NCBI RefSeq assembly: GCF_001194135.2
Contig: NC_068989.1
Coordinates: forward strand, 69,130,969 to 69,194,968
Source: Octopus bimaculoides
Lineage: Eukaryota
Direction: 5' to 3'
DNA length: 64,000 nt
The notes under the pieces are model-generated. The model did no database searches. It worked only from the letters and a program-made list of their open reading frames with translations, and was not told the origin of the DNA. Shown piece by piece: positions 35,535-51,330 of this stretch. Every line of letters starts with the position of its first letter. The stretch's first letter is position 1. Both the position numbers and the translations under genes were made by a program.

Positions 35535-38500
35535 NNNNNNNNNNTGCGGGTGGCACATGAGATGCACCATTTTGAGCGTGGCCGTTGCCAGTACCGCCTG
35601 ACTGGCTCCTGTAGGATTTTCGAGCGAGATCGTTGCCAGTGCCCCTGGACTGGTTCTTGTGCGGGTGGCACATAAAAGACACCATTTCGAGCGTGGCCGT
35701 TTTCGTGCGGGTGACACGTAAAAGCACCCACTAGACTCTCTGAATGGTTGGCGGTAGGTAGGGCATCCAGCTGTAGAAACTCTGCCAAATCAGACTGGAG
35801 CCTGGTGTTGCCATCCGGTTTCACCAGTCCTCAGTCAAATCGTCCAACCCATGCTAGCATGGAAAGTGGACGTTAAACGATGATGATGATGATTAATACA
35901 GTTTAACTGTACAAAGGCAGAAAGCATGCAGCATGGCTGAGTGGTTAAGAAATTTAATTCATGACTACGTGGCTCTAGTCTCAATCCTACAGAATAGCAT
36001 CTTTGTCCAAGGTGTTTCCCACCAAAGACACAGAGCGCTCAACACCTTCATAGTGGAATTTGGTGACTGGAAACACATCATTATGTGTACCTTTTAACAT
36101 TGTACATCAAGAACACAGATTGTACCTTTTATCTTTGTATATTGAGAACACAGATTGGTATTTTTGAACAAAAATACCCAAAGGTTATTTTGTTTCACCC
36201 TTATGACGTAGACACTTCTTTGTCATACTCATTATAGTACATGCAGTGAATCCAAGAAGTGGCCTCATAGAAATTTGAAACAAACAATACTATTGGTCAC
36301 AAAATGTGATATAAAAACAGGCCACTTAATACAATCATGTTTCATTCCTTATAATTTCAAGTTCAAATCACATCAAAGTTAAAAACTTTCATCCTTTATC
36401 AGCAGCAGGAGGGTAACAGTAAATACTAGTAATATACTGAGGCAGGAAAGATGAAACAATTTCTACCTTGGAGACTATTTTCAAATTTATAAAGAAAGAC
36501 ATGTACAGATATCATTATAGTAATGACAAGTACTTGTAAAGTTCAATTTTCAGTGGCAAATCGTGTCCATGAGCAGGACATTTTATTTCACACTGCCCCA
36601 GTCCACTCAGCTGGCAAAAATCAGTGGTACCTGTATTTCAAAGGGCCAGCCTTGTCTCACTCTGTCATGCTGAATCTCTATAATTTCTAATTTCTATACA
36701 TTAAAAGTAAACTCCCAGTAGATAACACTCATAAGCTCATTTTAAATCCCAAATTAGTCATTTCTTTCAACACCCCTCAAGAAAGCCATGAATATCACCC
36801 AATCTCTTTTCACTATTTCTTTCCTTCATGTCAAAAAATTTTTAAAATTTTTTAAAATAGATATTTCACATGGATGAAATACATTACAATGACTTAGAGC
36901 TTTAACATTTTATACACAAAAAAAACACAGCCATTTTCCTGATAGACATTGAGAGAGAGAGAGAGGTGCCAATTTGCATGAAATTTATTGTGATGTAATG
37001 AACAGAGGTTAGACATCATATTGCAAGATGCCCAAGGAAATGTCATTACGAAGACTATCCTTAAGGATGCATGCAAGAAAGAAATGGTCTGTCAGTGTTT
37101 CCACTAAATACCCAAGACATCAAAACTAATTATTAGCGTATCAAAACATATTAATATTCCAGCAGAAATGGTAAGGAGATAAGATTTTTCTCTCTTTTTC
37201 TGTTTAAAAAAAAAAATTGGACACTTTAATAGCCATTTACTCTTGCTGCTATTTTGCAGCATTATTATTACAGCAGTGAGGCAAATCAATTCTTCATGTA
37301 AAATTTCCAAATTCAATTCCACCACTACTGCCACTTCAGTTTCTAATGCCAAAAGTTTACAGTAATCAAATGGTAATTGATTGATGATAGGATTTATCAT
37401 GACGGCTCAATATAACCAATAATATATTATATTTAATCTCATCACAAGCTGAAAGGATAGACAAAGTATTTTTGAGAGTAGCTGGTTACAGACTGAAGCT
37501 TTATATTATAGACACACACATACATCTTAGAAAAAAGTGAAGAATATAATTTGAATTTGCTTCAACTATAATTGACAGAATCCACAGACATAAGAACTGT
37601 AACTGCAACTGAATCCACAAGCTTGGTAACTATAAATCAACAGACTTTGGAACAATAATCAACAACAATTCAAGTATATATATGGATTTGGTTACAAAGA
37701 ATAAAATGATCTTAAAAATGAATTGAAATGATCAACTAAAATGTAAACTGATATAATTACAATGTAACCTATCTTATATAGCTGCCAAACCTCAACTAAC
37801 TTCCTACCATTTTAAAAGCAAGGCTCACCAGTTTTAAGTTCTGGTCATAGCTAAAATGTTGTTCAATCACAGAAGTTTGACTGGAAGTGACAGTTGTTAT
37901 CTGTTCTTGAAGGGGCCGAACATACAAGTTGGCAAAAAGTATTTAATCAGCTCTCTCCTTTCTCTACAATCTGCTCAGAACTGACACAGATGATAACTAC
38001 AAAAGGCATATATATATGAAGAAAGAACATCCAATAATTACATTTGGTGGACAATAGGTCTATAACAAAGTCCTGGATTCTTCTATTTAAGAAGTGTATA
38101 TCTATATTATCAATTTCTATCATTCTTCAAAATGGTAATAATATCTTTCTTACTTTTTTGCAGCACTGATTAATTACAATTAGTTACTGGGGTCAACTAA
38201 CTCCATTCCTTCGAAATTGCTAGCCTTGTGCTTAAATCATTAGGAGTTCAAATCCCAATGAGGTCAACTTTGCCTTTCATTCTTCCAGGGTCAATAAAAT
38301 AAAGTACCAGTGAAGTACTGGTGTTGAGGGTATCAACTAACACCCGCCCTTCAAAACTGCTGTCTTTATGCCAAAATCAGAAACCATTATTATTATCAGG
38401 AAAAAAATGCTTTACAACACTTCTGCTGGCTCTTTCTATTCTGAGTTCAAATCCCACCAAGGTTTACTTAGCTTTTCATCCTTCTGGGAGCCATTAAATA

Positions 38501-39793
38501 AAGTACTAGTCAATAATATCGACTGAGCCCCTTGCCTCAAGACTGCCAGCCTTGTACCTAAACCAGAAACAATTATTAGAGGCAATGATTCAATAATAAA
38601 CATCTTTAAATCTGATTAAAACTACATTCTTATTGCGACAATCACCAGCTACAGTTTCTCCAAGAAGATGCAAACAGAAGAAATAATACAACAAAGAATT
38701 AATGAATTAAAATCAGCTCCTGCAGACTTGGCCAACAAATTGATGAAAGGAAAGGATGATAAACTGCCAATAGTAAAAATAAGTCAGTAAGTTATATTCC
38801 TGAAAATCTGTGCCAAAATAGGAATTATTCCAAGCTATTTTGAGATGTGGTCATTAAACTTTGGACACTAATGGTAAGCTAGTTAACGTAAAAACACAAA
38901 ACACTCTAGCATAAATATTTATCAGTTAGAAAAATGCTTAACATTTGTCACTTCTTTCTTCTAAAATTCACCTTCGTTATAGAATTATATACACATCTAG
39001 AATAGGATGTAAATAAGAAAATAATTAAATTTGGTCAGTGAAGAAATCAGACGATAGAAAAGTGAAATAAATCATTTCTGTATTAGATTTACAAGGTTCT
39101 TGATGCAAAAATCATGCATTGAAACAGATTCTGTTGCATCTTGGGAGGTTCATTATGCCAATAATGAATATGCTGGTTCTATATCACTTTTTATTATTTT
39201 TAGTCAATAGTTAATCATTTAATCAATTAACTCCTTGATTGTTTGATTAATCATTCGGTCAATCAATCAATCAGACACCTTTCATTGATATTCGTAACCT
39301 CATCAATGATATGTCCTCTCTATTCCAGGTCTGTCTCTGAGTTTGCAGATTCTGTATTTCTATTTATGGAGATGTGAGAATGAGTGAAAAAAAGAGAAAA
39401 CAAGAGAGAGAGAGAATGCGTGTCCGTGTGTGCACATGCACATCTGTGTGGCATGATGTGGAGTCTGCAAGTGTGTGAGAGAAAATGTGCATGTTAAAAT
39501 AAATAAAACAACAATAATTCATCAATAGCTGCTGGTTAGAAATTCATCAATATGGCTAAACTGACTGGCAGTGTGGAGGAGATAAAACACCAAGTCAACA
39601 GCTCAACACAGATGTTTGATCAGTGGTGTGTCATCAACATGAGGAAATTAGAAAGAAAAAAAAATTAATTAAATGTAATTTGATCAAGTGTCCAGAATTG
39701 CAAAGGAATATATAGAATAATTAATGAATGTGGATTTGAAGTCAAGGAAATAAGTGAAATAATACCATAATATATTAGGATATATTGCAGTTA

Positions 39794-40210
39794 CAGGAAT
39801 GGCTGTGTGGTTAAGAAGTTCACTTCCCACCTGCATGATTTCAGGTTCACTATTTGTGTGGCACCTTAGCTAAGTGTCTTCAAGTATAGCCCTGAGCCAA
39901 CCAATGCCTTATGAGTAGATTTTGTAGATGTAAACTGAAAGCCCATCATATGTGTACGTGAGTAGAGGGTGGATATGTGTTTGTGTTTCATCGTCTTGAC
40001 AACAAGTGATAATTGTAAATGAGCATCATCATCATCATCATACAAGTGACACCCAAATCCAGTCTATTGTGAAAACCTGTCTGGTCATGGGGAAATATTA
40101 CCTTATTTAGAAACAGGTGAGGGTTGGTGACAAGAAGAGTATCCAATCATAGGAAATCTGCCTCAAAGAATTCCATCTGACCCATGCAAGCATGGAAAAA
40201 TGGATGTTAA
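39794..40210 (+). mobile_element. tRNA-derived SINE composite
   Basis: Common head plus 3' module ending acccatgcaagcatggaaaaatggatgttaaa. Confidence 0.65.
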
Positions 40211-42109
40211 AAGAATGATGATGAGGATTCACCAGCTTCAAACCTATGAAGAAGTACATTTCCATATTAGCTTTGGTTAAATTGTCAGAGCCAAAATATC
40301 TGCAAGAATTGTTTATTGGCTAACTAGCTAAATATTACTAATTTCTGAAATGTTATAGACTTGCATATCAAGATGCTGAATTCTATAAGTTATCAAAGTA
40401 AGTTCAAGTAATGATTTTTAGAGTTAAGAGTCCAACACATTAACAACTGAAAACTGACAGATAAAGAACATGTTCAAAGCAATATCAGCAACATAACTTC
40501 TATAGCAATATGTTCTCAGGAAATAGAATCTATAACCCAGTTTCAATACCTCCAGTTATTGCATTCAAGTACAAAGCAAAAGCATCGACTCTTGTTTTTG
40601 TAGGGATTCAACATAAGAATTGCAAATTCTGCAATTTATAGCTCGGAAGTTGATTCACTTGAATTTTTCCTTCTTCAACTAATCCAAAACTAAAAGGGAC
40701 CCATTTCGTTCAACATCAATTTTTAATGACTGATTACTTTCATCAACACCATGATCACAGCTTTCTTTCTACGCCATTAATGTATGAATTTACAACCCCC
40801 ACAACCACTATGACCTACCCTTTCTACTTTATTTAGACAATGTCATGTTGATATTTGTAGCTAAACATTCATAAATCAATATGTTGTGAATACATTATTA
40901 GTAGCTGCAATTCTTAACCTAATTTCTTATACAAATGTCCAACTGCAGAACTAATTCATCTAGCTTGTTTTGGGGGAATAAAAAAAGATTTAGGATATTA
41001 TGTTCAATATAGATTTATCTAATGTTTCTTCAGGGCAGTTTTATAAAACTTCAATATGTACCATGTCATACAGTATCATCTAATAAATATTTCCTGTGTT
41101 GTGCTTTTCAGCAATGACCTGTTAAATTTTTTATTAAGCAGCCTGATCTAAATATAAACCATACCAGCTAAAATGCAAAGGGTTTTCTTATAGTGCTAGC
41201 TTTCAAAATGAACACCATTGGTGTGTTGAAGTTCAAGATGTCTGTATACATGCGCATAATACATAATCATACAAAACCAATTACACAGAAGACCTTATCT
41301 AATTGTCAATGGCTTTCAGAACTACATTATTCAAACAAAATCGATATAGAGATCAATTAAACAAAAACCACCATCATCAGTAATTAATCTACAGTTAAAG
41401 ATTTTTACTTTGAGCTTAGAGATCATCAATGTGTTAGAAACCTCAGTCACTGGAAATGTGGTGGTTTTCAATGATAGACAGATAAAGAAAAGTTTGAAAA
41501 CTTGACAAATAAAATTTATGGCCAATATATTAACGACCAGAATATTAGAGTTAGCAAATGGAAATATTTTATGGGGACCAAAAAACAGAGAACAAAGTGA
41601 AACACAAATGCCTTACATTGCTTTGCATTCTGATCTCAAATTCCACAGAGTTAACATTACTGTTCATTTTTGTTAGGTCAAGAAGAATCAATAATATAAT
41701 GAAATGAATTCCACTGTACCAGGAATATACTGAGATCAATTTCAATGGTGATAGCCCAACTGTCAAAATATGTCAGTTTGTGTTTGTATAAAGAAATCAG
41801 TGTTTTAATAAATCAACACAAACACAATTGCTTGGCTTTAGCTGGTGCAGCATCAAATAGAATGCCTTATGGTATCTGTTCCAACATTACACTCTCGCTT
41901 CAACTCCCAGTGAGGTCAATTTTACTTTTAATTCATCCAGGGTGAAAATCCACAAACAGGGGAACTATAACTGATACTGGATACCAAAACCTGGGAACTA
42001 CAACACAGGATTTGGAACTTAATCAAGTATTAGGGTCAATTCTTCTACCTTGCTTGTTTGCTCTTGGAATCAGAGAAAGGTCAAGCATGTGCTTAGCACA
42101 AAGTTCAAA

Positions 42110-42410
42110 GTTCTCTATTGACAAGCTCCAAACTTTTGTGAATAGATGTCCCGGGATCTTCCTTCAAGTGATATGGCAAAACGGACTCACAAAGCCTTGT
42201 GGGAACAGGTATACCAGCAACATAAACCAAATCAGGAAGAGAAAATGGGGCTAACCAGGACACACTCTATGGAAACCTGTTAGCAAGCCCTCTAATGGAC
42301 ACACCCAACAGAGACAGAAGCATGGAAGACCAAAAATGTGGAGAAGGTCCACTGAAACTGAAGCACAGGCAGGCAGCTACAACTGAGGACAACTGCAATT
42401 CATTGCTAAA
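42110..42410 (+). mobile_element. Decayed RTE-like LINE C-terminal fragment
   Basis: KLQTFVNRC...QIRKRKWG..GHTL.KP...GRPK.WRRSTETE with frameshifts. Confidence 0.7.
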
Positions 42411-42879
42411 GATCAAGACATGGAGAAAACCACTCAAAATACAATGACATAACAATCATATACAATGATGATATCAAAGTTTCAAATGTGCCTGGTTTGA
42501 AAAGGAAGATAGCAGCTGAGAATTAAATGTATTGGAAGAGTGAAGAGTTGTGTATGTCACAAAGATTATAACTATAGCAATTGCCGTAAAAGGGTATCTG
42601 TTGATAGCTACAACAACGTCAGTCTCACACAACTTGAAACACAATCAATAACAGCAGCAACATAAGAGAAGATGCACTAAATGGGAAATTAGCCAAATAC
42701 ATAACAAATACAAAATGATGATCAGGCAAGACTAGACATATGCCAGAAGACTTAAAAAAGAACAAAAACAAAAAAGCAGTAAAATGTTTGTCATGATGGC
42801 TAAAAGATGTATATCAACAACACAGGTTTACAGAAGATTAATTTAAATGATGCATGTACACGTATGTATGAGATACATA

Positions 42880-43275
42880 TACAAACATATATACTTATAT
42901 ATCCACACACATTCATGCATACATCCACACACACACACGTCCACATACACACACATATCCACATCCAAACACACACACATATCCACATCCAAACACACTC
43001 ACACACACATACATATCCACATCCAAACACACATACCCAAACACACTCACATACATATCCAAACACACACACATACATATCCAAACACACACACACACAT
43101 CCAGACACACACACATATATCCAAACACACACACACATCCAAACACACACNNNNNNNNNNCACATATATCCAAACACACACACACATCCAAACACACACA
43201 CACACACACACCCCCAAACACATACATATCCAAACACACTCACACACACTTACATATCCAAACACACACATACAT
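42880..43275. repeat. Minisatellite of CA runs punctuated by TATCCAAA/CATCCAAA
   Basis: Repeated units such as cacacatatccaaacacacac; contains a 10-N gap. Confidence 0.9.
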
Positions 43276-43714
43276 ATCCGTTGTCCATGCTGGCATAGGT
43301 TTGACCAGGGCTGGTAAGCTGACCGTTTGCACCAGACTAGTCTGATTTGGCATGGTTTCTATGGTTGAATGCCCTTCCTAATGCCAACCACTCCAAAAAT
43401 GTAATGGGTGCGTTTACGTGCCACCATCATGGGTATCAGTTTGCATGGCAACAATATCTGTCATGACTATAATTTCATTTGGCTTGATGGGTCTCAAGCA
43501 CAGCATATTGCCAAAGGTCTTGGTCATTTGTCATTCCCTTCATGAGGCCCATCGTTCAGAAGGTACTTTTTACGTACCACTGGCATGGATTCTAGTTATG
43601 CAACACATCAGCCACATCACCTCTGTGGAGCCCAACACTCGAAAGGTACATTTTACATGCCACCAGCAAAGGTGACAGTAATGTGACACAGACCACAGCT
43701 ATGATTTCACTTGG

Positions 43715-43805
<91 letters not shown>

Positions 43806-43890
43806 CAAACACATACATATATATACACACATATCTATACATGTATACATAAATATACATACATATACATGTACATAGATATATATATAT
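43715..43890. repeat. Compound (TA)/(CA) microsatellite
   Basis: Directly visible. Confidence 0.95.
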
Positions 43891-44895
43891 AATGGACTTT
43901 GTTTTAATGTCCACTTTTCCATGCTTGTATGGGTTGGACAGAGTTTATCGAGGCAGATTTTCTATGGCTGGATGCCCTTCCTGTCATCAACCCTCACCTA
44001 TTTCCAAGCAAGGTAAAATTTCCCCATGGCTAGACATGTTTTCACAGAATGTTGAAAATGAATGACGCTGCTTGCACGACAGTAACACTCACAGCTATCA
44101 TACAATATCAAGAAAAGGAGACACCAAGTTACACGCACATACACACGTGTGTGTGTGTGTGTGTGTGTATGTGTGTGTGTGTGTACATATGTATATTTGT
44201 GCATATATGTATGAGGGCACATTGCCTAATGGTCAGGGTGTTGTACTTATGAGCATGAGATAGTGGTTTCAATTCCTAGACTGGGTGGTGTGCTGTGTTC
44301 TTCAACAAAATACTTCATCTCACGTTGCTCTGTGATGACTTTGACACCTGATGCATGGTACACAGTGCAACTGTTCAGACAATGCCAATTTAATGGAGAG
44401 AGTGACTAATGTGAGTACATGATGAGTGACACAAACATTTGATCACTATAAATCATTTTGCGTAGGTCATTCAGCAAGCTGAATGCTGATACGTTGTCTT
44501 CAACGGGAGAGTCCATCATATGTATAAAATGAGCTTCTTTCAGTTTCCATCAAGCAAATACACTCATAAAGCTTAGGTTGACCCAGGGCTTTAGTAGAAA
44601 TCACTTGCTCAAGGTGTGGCACAATAGGACTGAGCCTCAGAAACCATTCTGTGACTGTATTTCTAAGAAAATAAACTGCTTATAACTTTTAAGGAATTTT
44701 TGGTAGTATTTAATAAAATAATTTGGGATATCATTTTCTGAGACAGATATTCTATGGCCAGATGGTTTTTCTGATGCTAATTCTCACCTATTTCCAAACA
44801 AGATAATATTTCACCTTACAAAACAAGAAACAAACAAACACTGTATGACTGATGCTTATTTACAATTAAACACGATATCAAGACAAGGGTACACA

Positions 44896-44927
<32 letters not shown>

Positions 44928-45422
44928 NNNNNNNNNNNNNNNNNNNNNNNNNNNNNNNNNNNNNNNNNNNNNNNNNNNNNNNNNNNNNNNNNNNNNNNNN
45001 NNNNNNNNNNNNNNNNNNNNNNNNNNNNNNNNNNNNNNNNNNNNNNNNNNNNNNNNNNATATATATACACACATACATATGACAACCAAATCTACACTTA
45101 AGGATATGGTTGGCCTAGAGCTATAGTAAAAGACACACACCTGAGCTATCACCAAGTGGGACTGAACTCAAGGCGACATGGTTGTGAAGCAAGCTCCTCG
45201 ACCACAGAGCCAAACCTACACCATAACATTAAGGAAAAAAAAATTGTTTCTTACAACATAAAATTATTTTGAAAGTTTAATTGAAAAATGATTACTTTAG
45301 ACAGCAGAAAGATTACAATACTAAATGAAGTTTTTGGTGTTATCTTCATGACTCAGTAAATTAAATGAGCCTTAAGAATAAGTCAATACTCAGAAGTAAT
45401 AAGAGATTACATCTTTACTCAC

Positions 45423-45596
45423 CCGAATAGGAAGCAAATCTCTGCTGTCAACATTATCAATATATTTTTTGGTGCCCATTACTTGAAGACAACATTTTAC
45501 CGTCATGTCTTGAACATAGCCTCTTTGGCTATCTTCTCCCTGAATCAGACGGCGAACACAATCTCCAGGCATTAAAGAACGGTCCGCCAAAATAAG
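45423..45596 (-). CDS. UBE2O: UBE2O exon (5'-most exon found; phase 0-0)
   Basis: Translates LILADRSLMPGDCVRRLIQGEDSQRGYVQDMTVKCCLQVMGTKKYIDNVDSRDLLPIR, matching the UBE2O N-terminal conserved region (human, from memory: LKLEDRSVVPRDVVR...VNSKDL). Polypyrimidine-AG acceptor and GTGAGT donor. Confidence 0.9.
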
Positions 45597-46205
45597 CTGG
45601 AAGTAAAAAGAAAGATGTAAATGTCTGAAGAATATGAGAGCATTTAGATATCAGTTCTCTGAAATAACAGAATATTTCTCCAAAAATTATTTATAAGAAA
45701 TTGAATACAATTATTTTTAAACATACAAAGCTATCCATTTTATAAACTACATCCAGATTTTATATCCATCATTGATTTTTTTCTTCTTGCAATACAGTTA
45801 TTAAATGAAACAGAATTACTGTATTTACTATCAAATAATGCAATCCAGTATTTTACAAAATAAATATAAAGGTGTGTACATTTATATTTTACACATGAAT
45901 AGTCAAACATGGAAGACCCTTTTGGCGATACGCTGTGCTTAAGAACTCTCAAGCCAAGTGAAATCGTAATTGTGGCTGATGTCAGTACCATTTGACTGGC
46001 ACGTAAAAAGCACTGTTCAAGCATTGGGCCTCACGGAGGCAGCGATAGGTGACTGAGACCTCTAGTGATATACCATGTTTGAGAAGGCCTGTCAAGCCAA
46101 GTGAGTTCATAGTTGTGGCCAATGCCAGTGTCACACCAATGGCACCTGTGCTGGTGGAATGTAAAAAGCATCCACTTCTTACATTCCACTGGCACAGTGG
46201 AATAA

Positions 46206-46261
<56 letters not shown>

Positions 46262-46264
<3 letters not shown>

Positions 46265-46420
46265 TACACAACAGACTTCTTTCAGTTTCCATTTACCAAA
46301 TCCACTCACAAAGCTTTGGTTGGCCCGAAGACACTATAGTAGAAGACACTTGCCCAAGATGCCATGCAGTGCAGAATCATGTGGTTAGGAAGCAAGCTTC
46401 TTACCACACAGCCACTCCTG
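46262..46420 (-). mobile_element. tRNA-derived SINE, reverse orientation
   Basis: Reverse complement of the common head: ...tccactcacaaagctttggttggcccg...agcaagcttcttaccacacagccactcctgc. Confidence 0.75.
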
Positions 46421-49400
46421 CACTTATTGTTTGAAATAAAATAATTGCAGGTTTAATAGTTGTTTATCAAATTATTGAAGTCTTACACCCAATAACACAA
46501 TTCTTTATTTTATCTATATTTCATTTATATTCATTTTATTTAGCCTTTAGGTTTTTATTTTATTTAGCCACGGGACTTCATCATCCATATACTTATAAAC
46601 TGTCCACTGAATCAGTTATTACATAGTGATGTACATTACCTTTTAATATTATTTTTATTTTCATTCTCTTCCCATTAAAAAAAGGAGAAAAATCGTGAGA
46701 GGAACCAGAAAAGTGTTTAAAAGAGGTAGTGGTCTTGCTATGCCCTAATCCTTTGTTACCTTGCCGCTGTTGAAATACACTGCCTTATTACCATGAGTTT
46801 GATAGGTTTTAATTCAGATCAATTTAAAATGGAGTTTGTATCATAGAACCAGAGGTGGTCTCAAGTGAATTGGTATAAAAAGGGTTAACATTTACAGTGG
46901 CTGAGGAACTGCTGGAGCAAAACTGATAATGATTAAGTAGTAGATATTTATTAATACTGTCCAACACTACCAAGTAATAAACACGTGCACCTTTAAATCT
47001 CTTGCTAAAAATACACAAGAGCATTTCATATATCTTCCTCAAAATTCCATCGTTAAATGAATGAGGCTTTCTAACAGATTTAGAGATCATTATTTAGATA
47101 CGGTAAAGTTAATGTTAGGATTAGGACTATATATGAGACAAACTAAAATGTCAGATTAGTACAATGTGAGATAATGTATTCATATAAATAGCAATTCAAT
47201 GAACAATGGATATCTAAACACCAACCAAGTATTTACAATTTTCTTTTTTAACTGAGATACATTTTCTCATTTATGAAAATATCATTATCAGTTTAGCAGC
47301 TGTTTTGGCTGGAGAATGTGCAAATATTAAAAAATTCACATCATATTCCATTTATGTAAAATGAAAAAAAAATTAATAAGTAAAAGATAGTTGACCAATA
47401 CTGACAAAATATACTTAACTCTTTTGATACCAACCTGCCTGAGATCACTTTTACTTCTATGGTACAAACTTCTTATTTTAAAATGATCTAAATTAAAAAC
47501 CTCCCATCAAATTTCATGTTAATCTATATTCCAAACACCAGCTTAATAATGATAAAATTATTTTACTGAATTCTTCCATTATTTTCAGTTAGTTGAAACA
47601 AAGGCAGTGTATTCAAAAAGAAATAGGCTAACAAAAGAGAAAGCTCATCACAGGATTTTCAACTTCAATTCCCACAAATTGTACAATAGGTAAACAGTGC
47701 TTTCATTAATTGTACAAGACAGACTTCAATCTAGAAAAAAAAAAAGCACAGCTCACCATAAACAAAGTATCCAGCATGTGTATATTCTGTGTAACAGCAC
47801 ACACCATCACTATTGTTTAATGTCCATTGCTCCATGCTTGCATGGATCAGATGGGTCACCAACCCTCACCTGTTTCAAAGCAAGTAATGTTTCCCCATGG
47901 CCAGACATGTTTTTCATGGAAAACTGGAAATGAATAACACTGTATAATAGTGATGCTCATTTACAACTATCACATGATGTCAAGACAAGTGTACACACAC
48001 ACACACACAATTGGACCTTTGTTTTAACTATAGTTGAAGACATTTGCCCAAGATACCATGCAGTGGAACTGAACCCAAGACCACATGGTTGGGAAGCAAG
48101 CTTCTTACCACAGTCACACTTGAAACTGTATATCTAATTAAAACTTTATTGCAGGTTTTATTCACTACTAATATGGTAGCAAAATGGTTAAAGTAATTTG
48201 AATTAAAATCTTCCATGAAAATCACACAATTTATATTTCAAACACCAGCTTAATAATTACAAAGTTATATACTAAATTTTCCATTATTTTCAAATGCATA
48301 TGAAACAAAAGTAGTGTCTCCAGAAATATGGTAACAAAAGAGTTAACAGACAACAATGGGATCCGAGTGGCTGACTTAGCTCGATACATATAAAAACAAT
48401 TCTATAGTTTATTTACAGGACTGACAATACTCTCCATATTTTCTTATATATGGTTTCTATTCATTTAAATTTTCTGAATTAATTTTTAAAAATAAATAAA
48501 TAGAAAAAAATGGAGCTATATTGCAGAGTTGTATGAAAATAAATGTGTAACTGTATGTGTTTAACAATATGGTTGGCAAAGTAATTCATAGAAACTTGCA
48601 ACTGCTTTCACATTTAAATCAATTTATTGACTGACGGAAAGATAACGATATCACTAAAAACAAGATACACACATAACCAGTATACCAGGGGGTAAAGATG
48701 TAACACATTTGTCATAGTATTGAGGAAGATAATAGGTTTGTGTTTTGATGCTTGTTTTTTTTTTTTTCTATTAATGCTGATGTAGGGAAAAAACATTAGC
48801 TTAGATAAGTAGCTTTAAAACAAATCCATTGACAAGAATCAACACAATTACAACATAAGTTAAATTCAATTCACAATGCATTAAGTATGTTTTTACTTTG
48901 TTTATTTCTGAGACATGCTTCTCTATACTATAAGCTAGAGTTAATTTTATAACAGCATAGTTATTTGTCCCCAGTTGTTCTTAACTTGTCTAAAATCTGT
49001 GTCATAGATTTTAAATATGTTATACTCTGGGTTGTTTCTAGATGTTCATTGATGGTAGACAATCCATCACCCTGTTCAACACCATCATCTGGTCCTTGAA
49101 TGCCTTAAGCCAAGTCCACTCTGTTGCAAGCCCTCAGGTCAGATTTCTAATCAGCAAAAAACTTCCTCCTTTCTTTCCACTTATTGTGGTATATATTTTA
49201 TCAACTCAAAAAGTTTTAGGAGAGAGGTGGATTCTAATGATATGAACCCAGCAGTTGGTATTTATTCCATTTTAAACCTAGAAGGGTGGAAGATAAAAGA
49301 CAACTCTGATGGGATTTGAACTCAGAAGACAAAAGCAAGACTGTTTTTATCTCTTGCTTTACTAATTCTGCCATATGAATGAGTTTGCAATGCAGAAAAT

Positions 49401-50174
49401 ATTTACATATGCCATTGTCTGTGTGCTTATAAGTATATATTATATATTAAATATATGTGCATGTGCATATATAATACTCCTGATGATTTGGGTAAAAAGA
49501 GCTTTTAAATTAATTTCAATCAATTATGTATCAAACATGCAATTATGGAATTAATGAGGTTTATTCTAATGAAACAGCTGTTGAGCACATAGTGCAACAA
49601 AAATGTGAAATTTATACTTTTCTGCTCTTATTCCAAAGAATATAATCATCAATCCTTATGATCCCGAGTGAATAAAAGATCAAAATGAACTCAAATTAGA
49701 CTGCAGATGAAGAGGTTCTTTACCAAATTATTATTATAAAGTATTAGGGACAAATGAAGTCATGCAGTTCAAATCAGAAATCTAACCTAAAATACAGACT
49801 TAAAAACTAAGCTCTATTCAATCAACGCTACATTTTTACTAGACAACAGCAACAACAATAGAATGACACAAGCTATAGAGAAAACTCTTTGAAACACTAC
49901 AGACTGCTGGTACCTAACAATTTGACAGATGCCCAAATTTGATGTTCCACAGTTCAAGTGAAGGCTTTGAAGAATTTCATAGAAAATATTCAACCCTTAT
50001 AAGTGAATTATCAGCTTTACAAGTCAGTAACAGCAAATACCTGGTTTCTTAATCCTTTAGCACCTGATGCATTGATAAAATGTCAGACTGATTTTAAAAT
50101 TTTCAGTTTGGAAGGAAAACATTAAATAATATTAGGTTGAAAATCAATATAAAAATCTATTTCTATGCATAAAA

Positions 50175-50217
<43 letters not shown>

Positions 50218-50476
50218 TCAGTAAATTTCCTGTATGATAAAACAAATCCCAAAACGTCAAATTACAACTGAAATGGAATGCTAGAATAATCAGGAATTAA
50301 ACATAAAAGGCGATGTATGTGCTACATGTGTACATGACCATGTGTACACACACAATGTGTATGTACATAAAATACATGTACATGCATATATGAACACATT
50401 GCATATGCATATGCACACGTGAATATCTCTAAGTGTGTGTATGTAGTTATATTAAGAGCATTATTTGTACCCAAGT

Positions 50477-50511
<35 letters not shown>

Positions 50512-50537
50512 CATATATATATATATATTTCTTTTTG

Positions 50538-50581
<44 letters not shown>

Positions 50582-51330
50582 AGAAAAACTTGAATGACCC
50601 TTGGAGATACTTGTCTACCATGTTTACTCAGTTTCCATATCGAAAGAGGTTTCCTCTGAGTAATCCAAGATCTTTCAGATCATGTTTATAATCCATTTAG
50701 ACAGGTGAAAGCATTTGTAAACTTATATCAATCTATTATATTTTAATTATCTAAAAGTATGACAAGTCAGTTGACTACCATTAGTGTAATGGTAGTGAAT
50801 CTGAAACAATATACATTTAAGTCATCAATAAGAGTAGGGTTAACTTTCTGCCTTCAGAATAATCCGACATTTATCGTGGATTAGTGACATATTCCTTTAT
50901 GTATTGCAAAAGGAATATTTGAGGAAGACACCTGCTCTGACTTGTAATAAACACATAACTAAATCAAGAATTGCAGAAGATTTTTCTAGCTTCCATCCAC
51001 TCTTTCACAACATAATCCTCATTAAGAAATAAAATAAACAACAAATAAACAGAAAAACCTTATGCATTATGAAAACTTTCTCGAGCAATTCTAAAGCATG
51101 CAGCTTTTAAAAGAATATGCAATATTATTCTGCAGCTGCACAGGATTAATAAAAATAAAACAAAAATCAATTGTTAATTATTAAAATAACATCACCTTTA
51201 TTCTGATATTCCATCTTTCCCCATGTTGCTAAGTAGTTGAACACTTTTACCATTTATTTATCTAACCCCCCACTCCAATTTAAAAGTAGTAAACTCATTT
51301 AAGTAACCTATTGACTGAAATAAAATACTA

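Noticed and set aside
35368-35824. ORFs such as MKPDGNTRLQS... and MSPARK... (also 19301-19680)
   Set aside because: Antisense readings of the repeated SINE/LINE tail.
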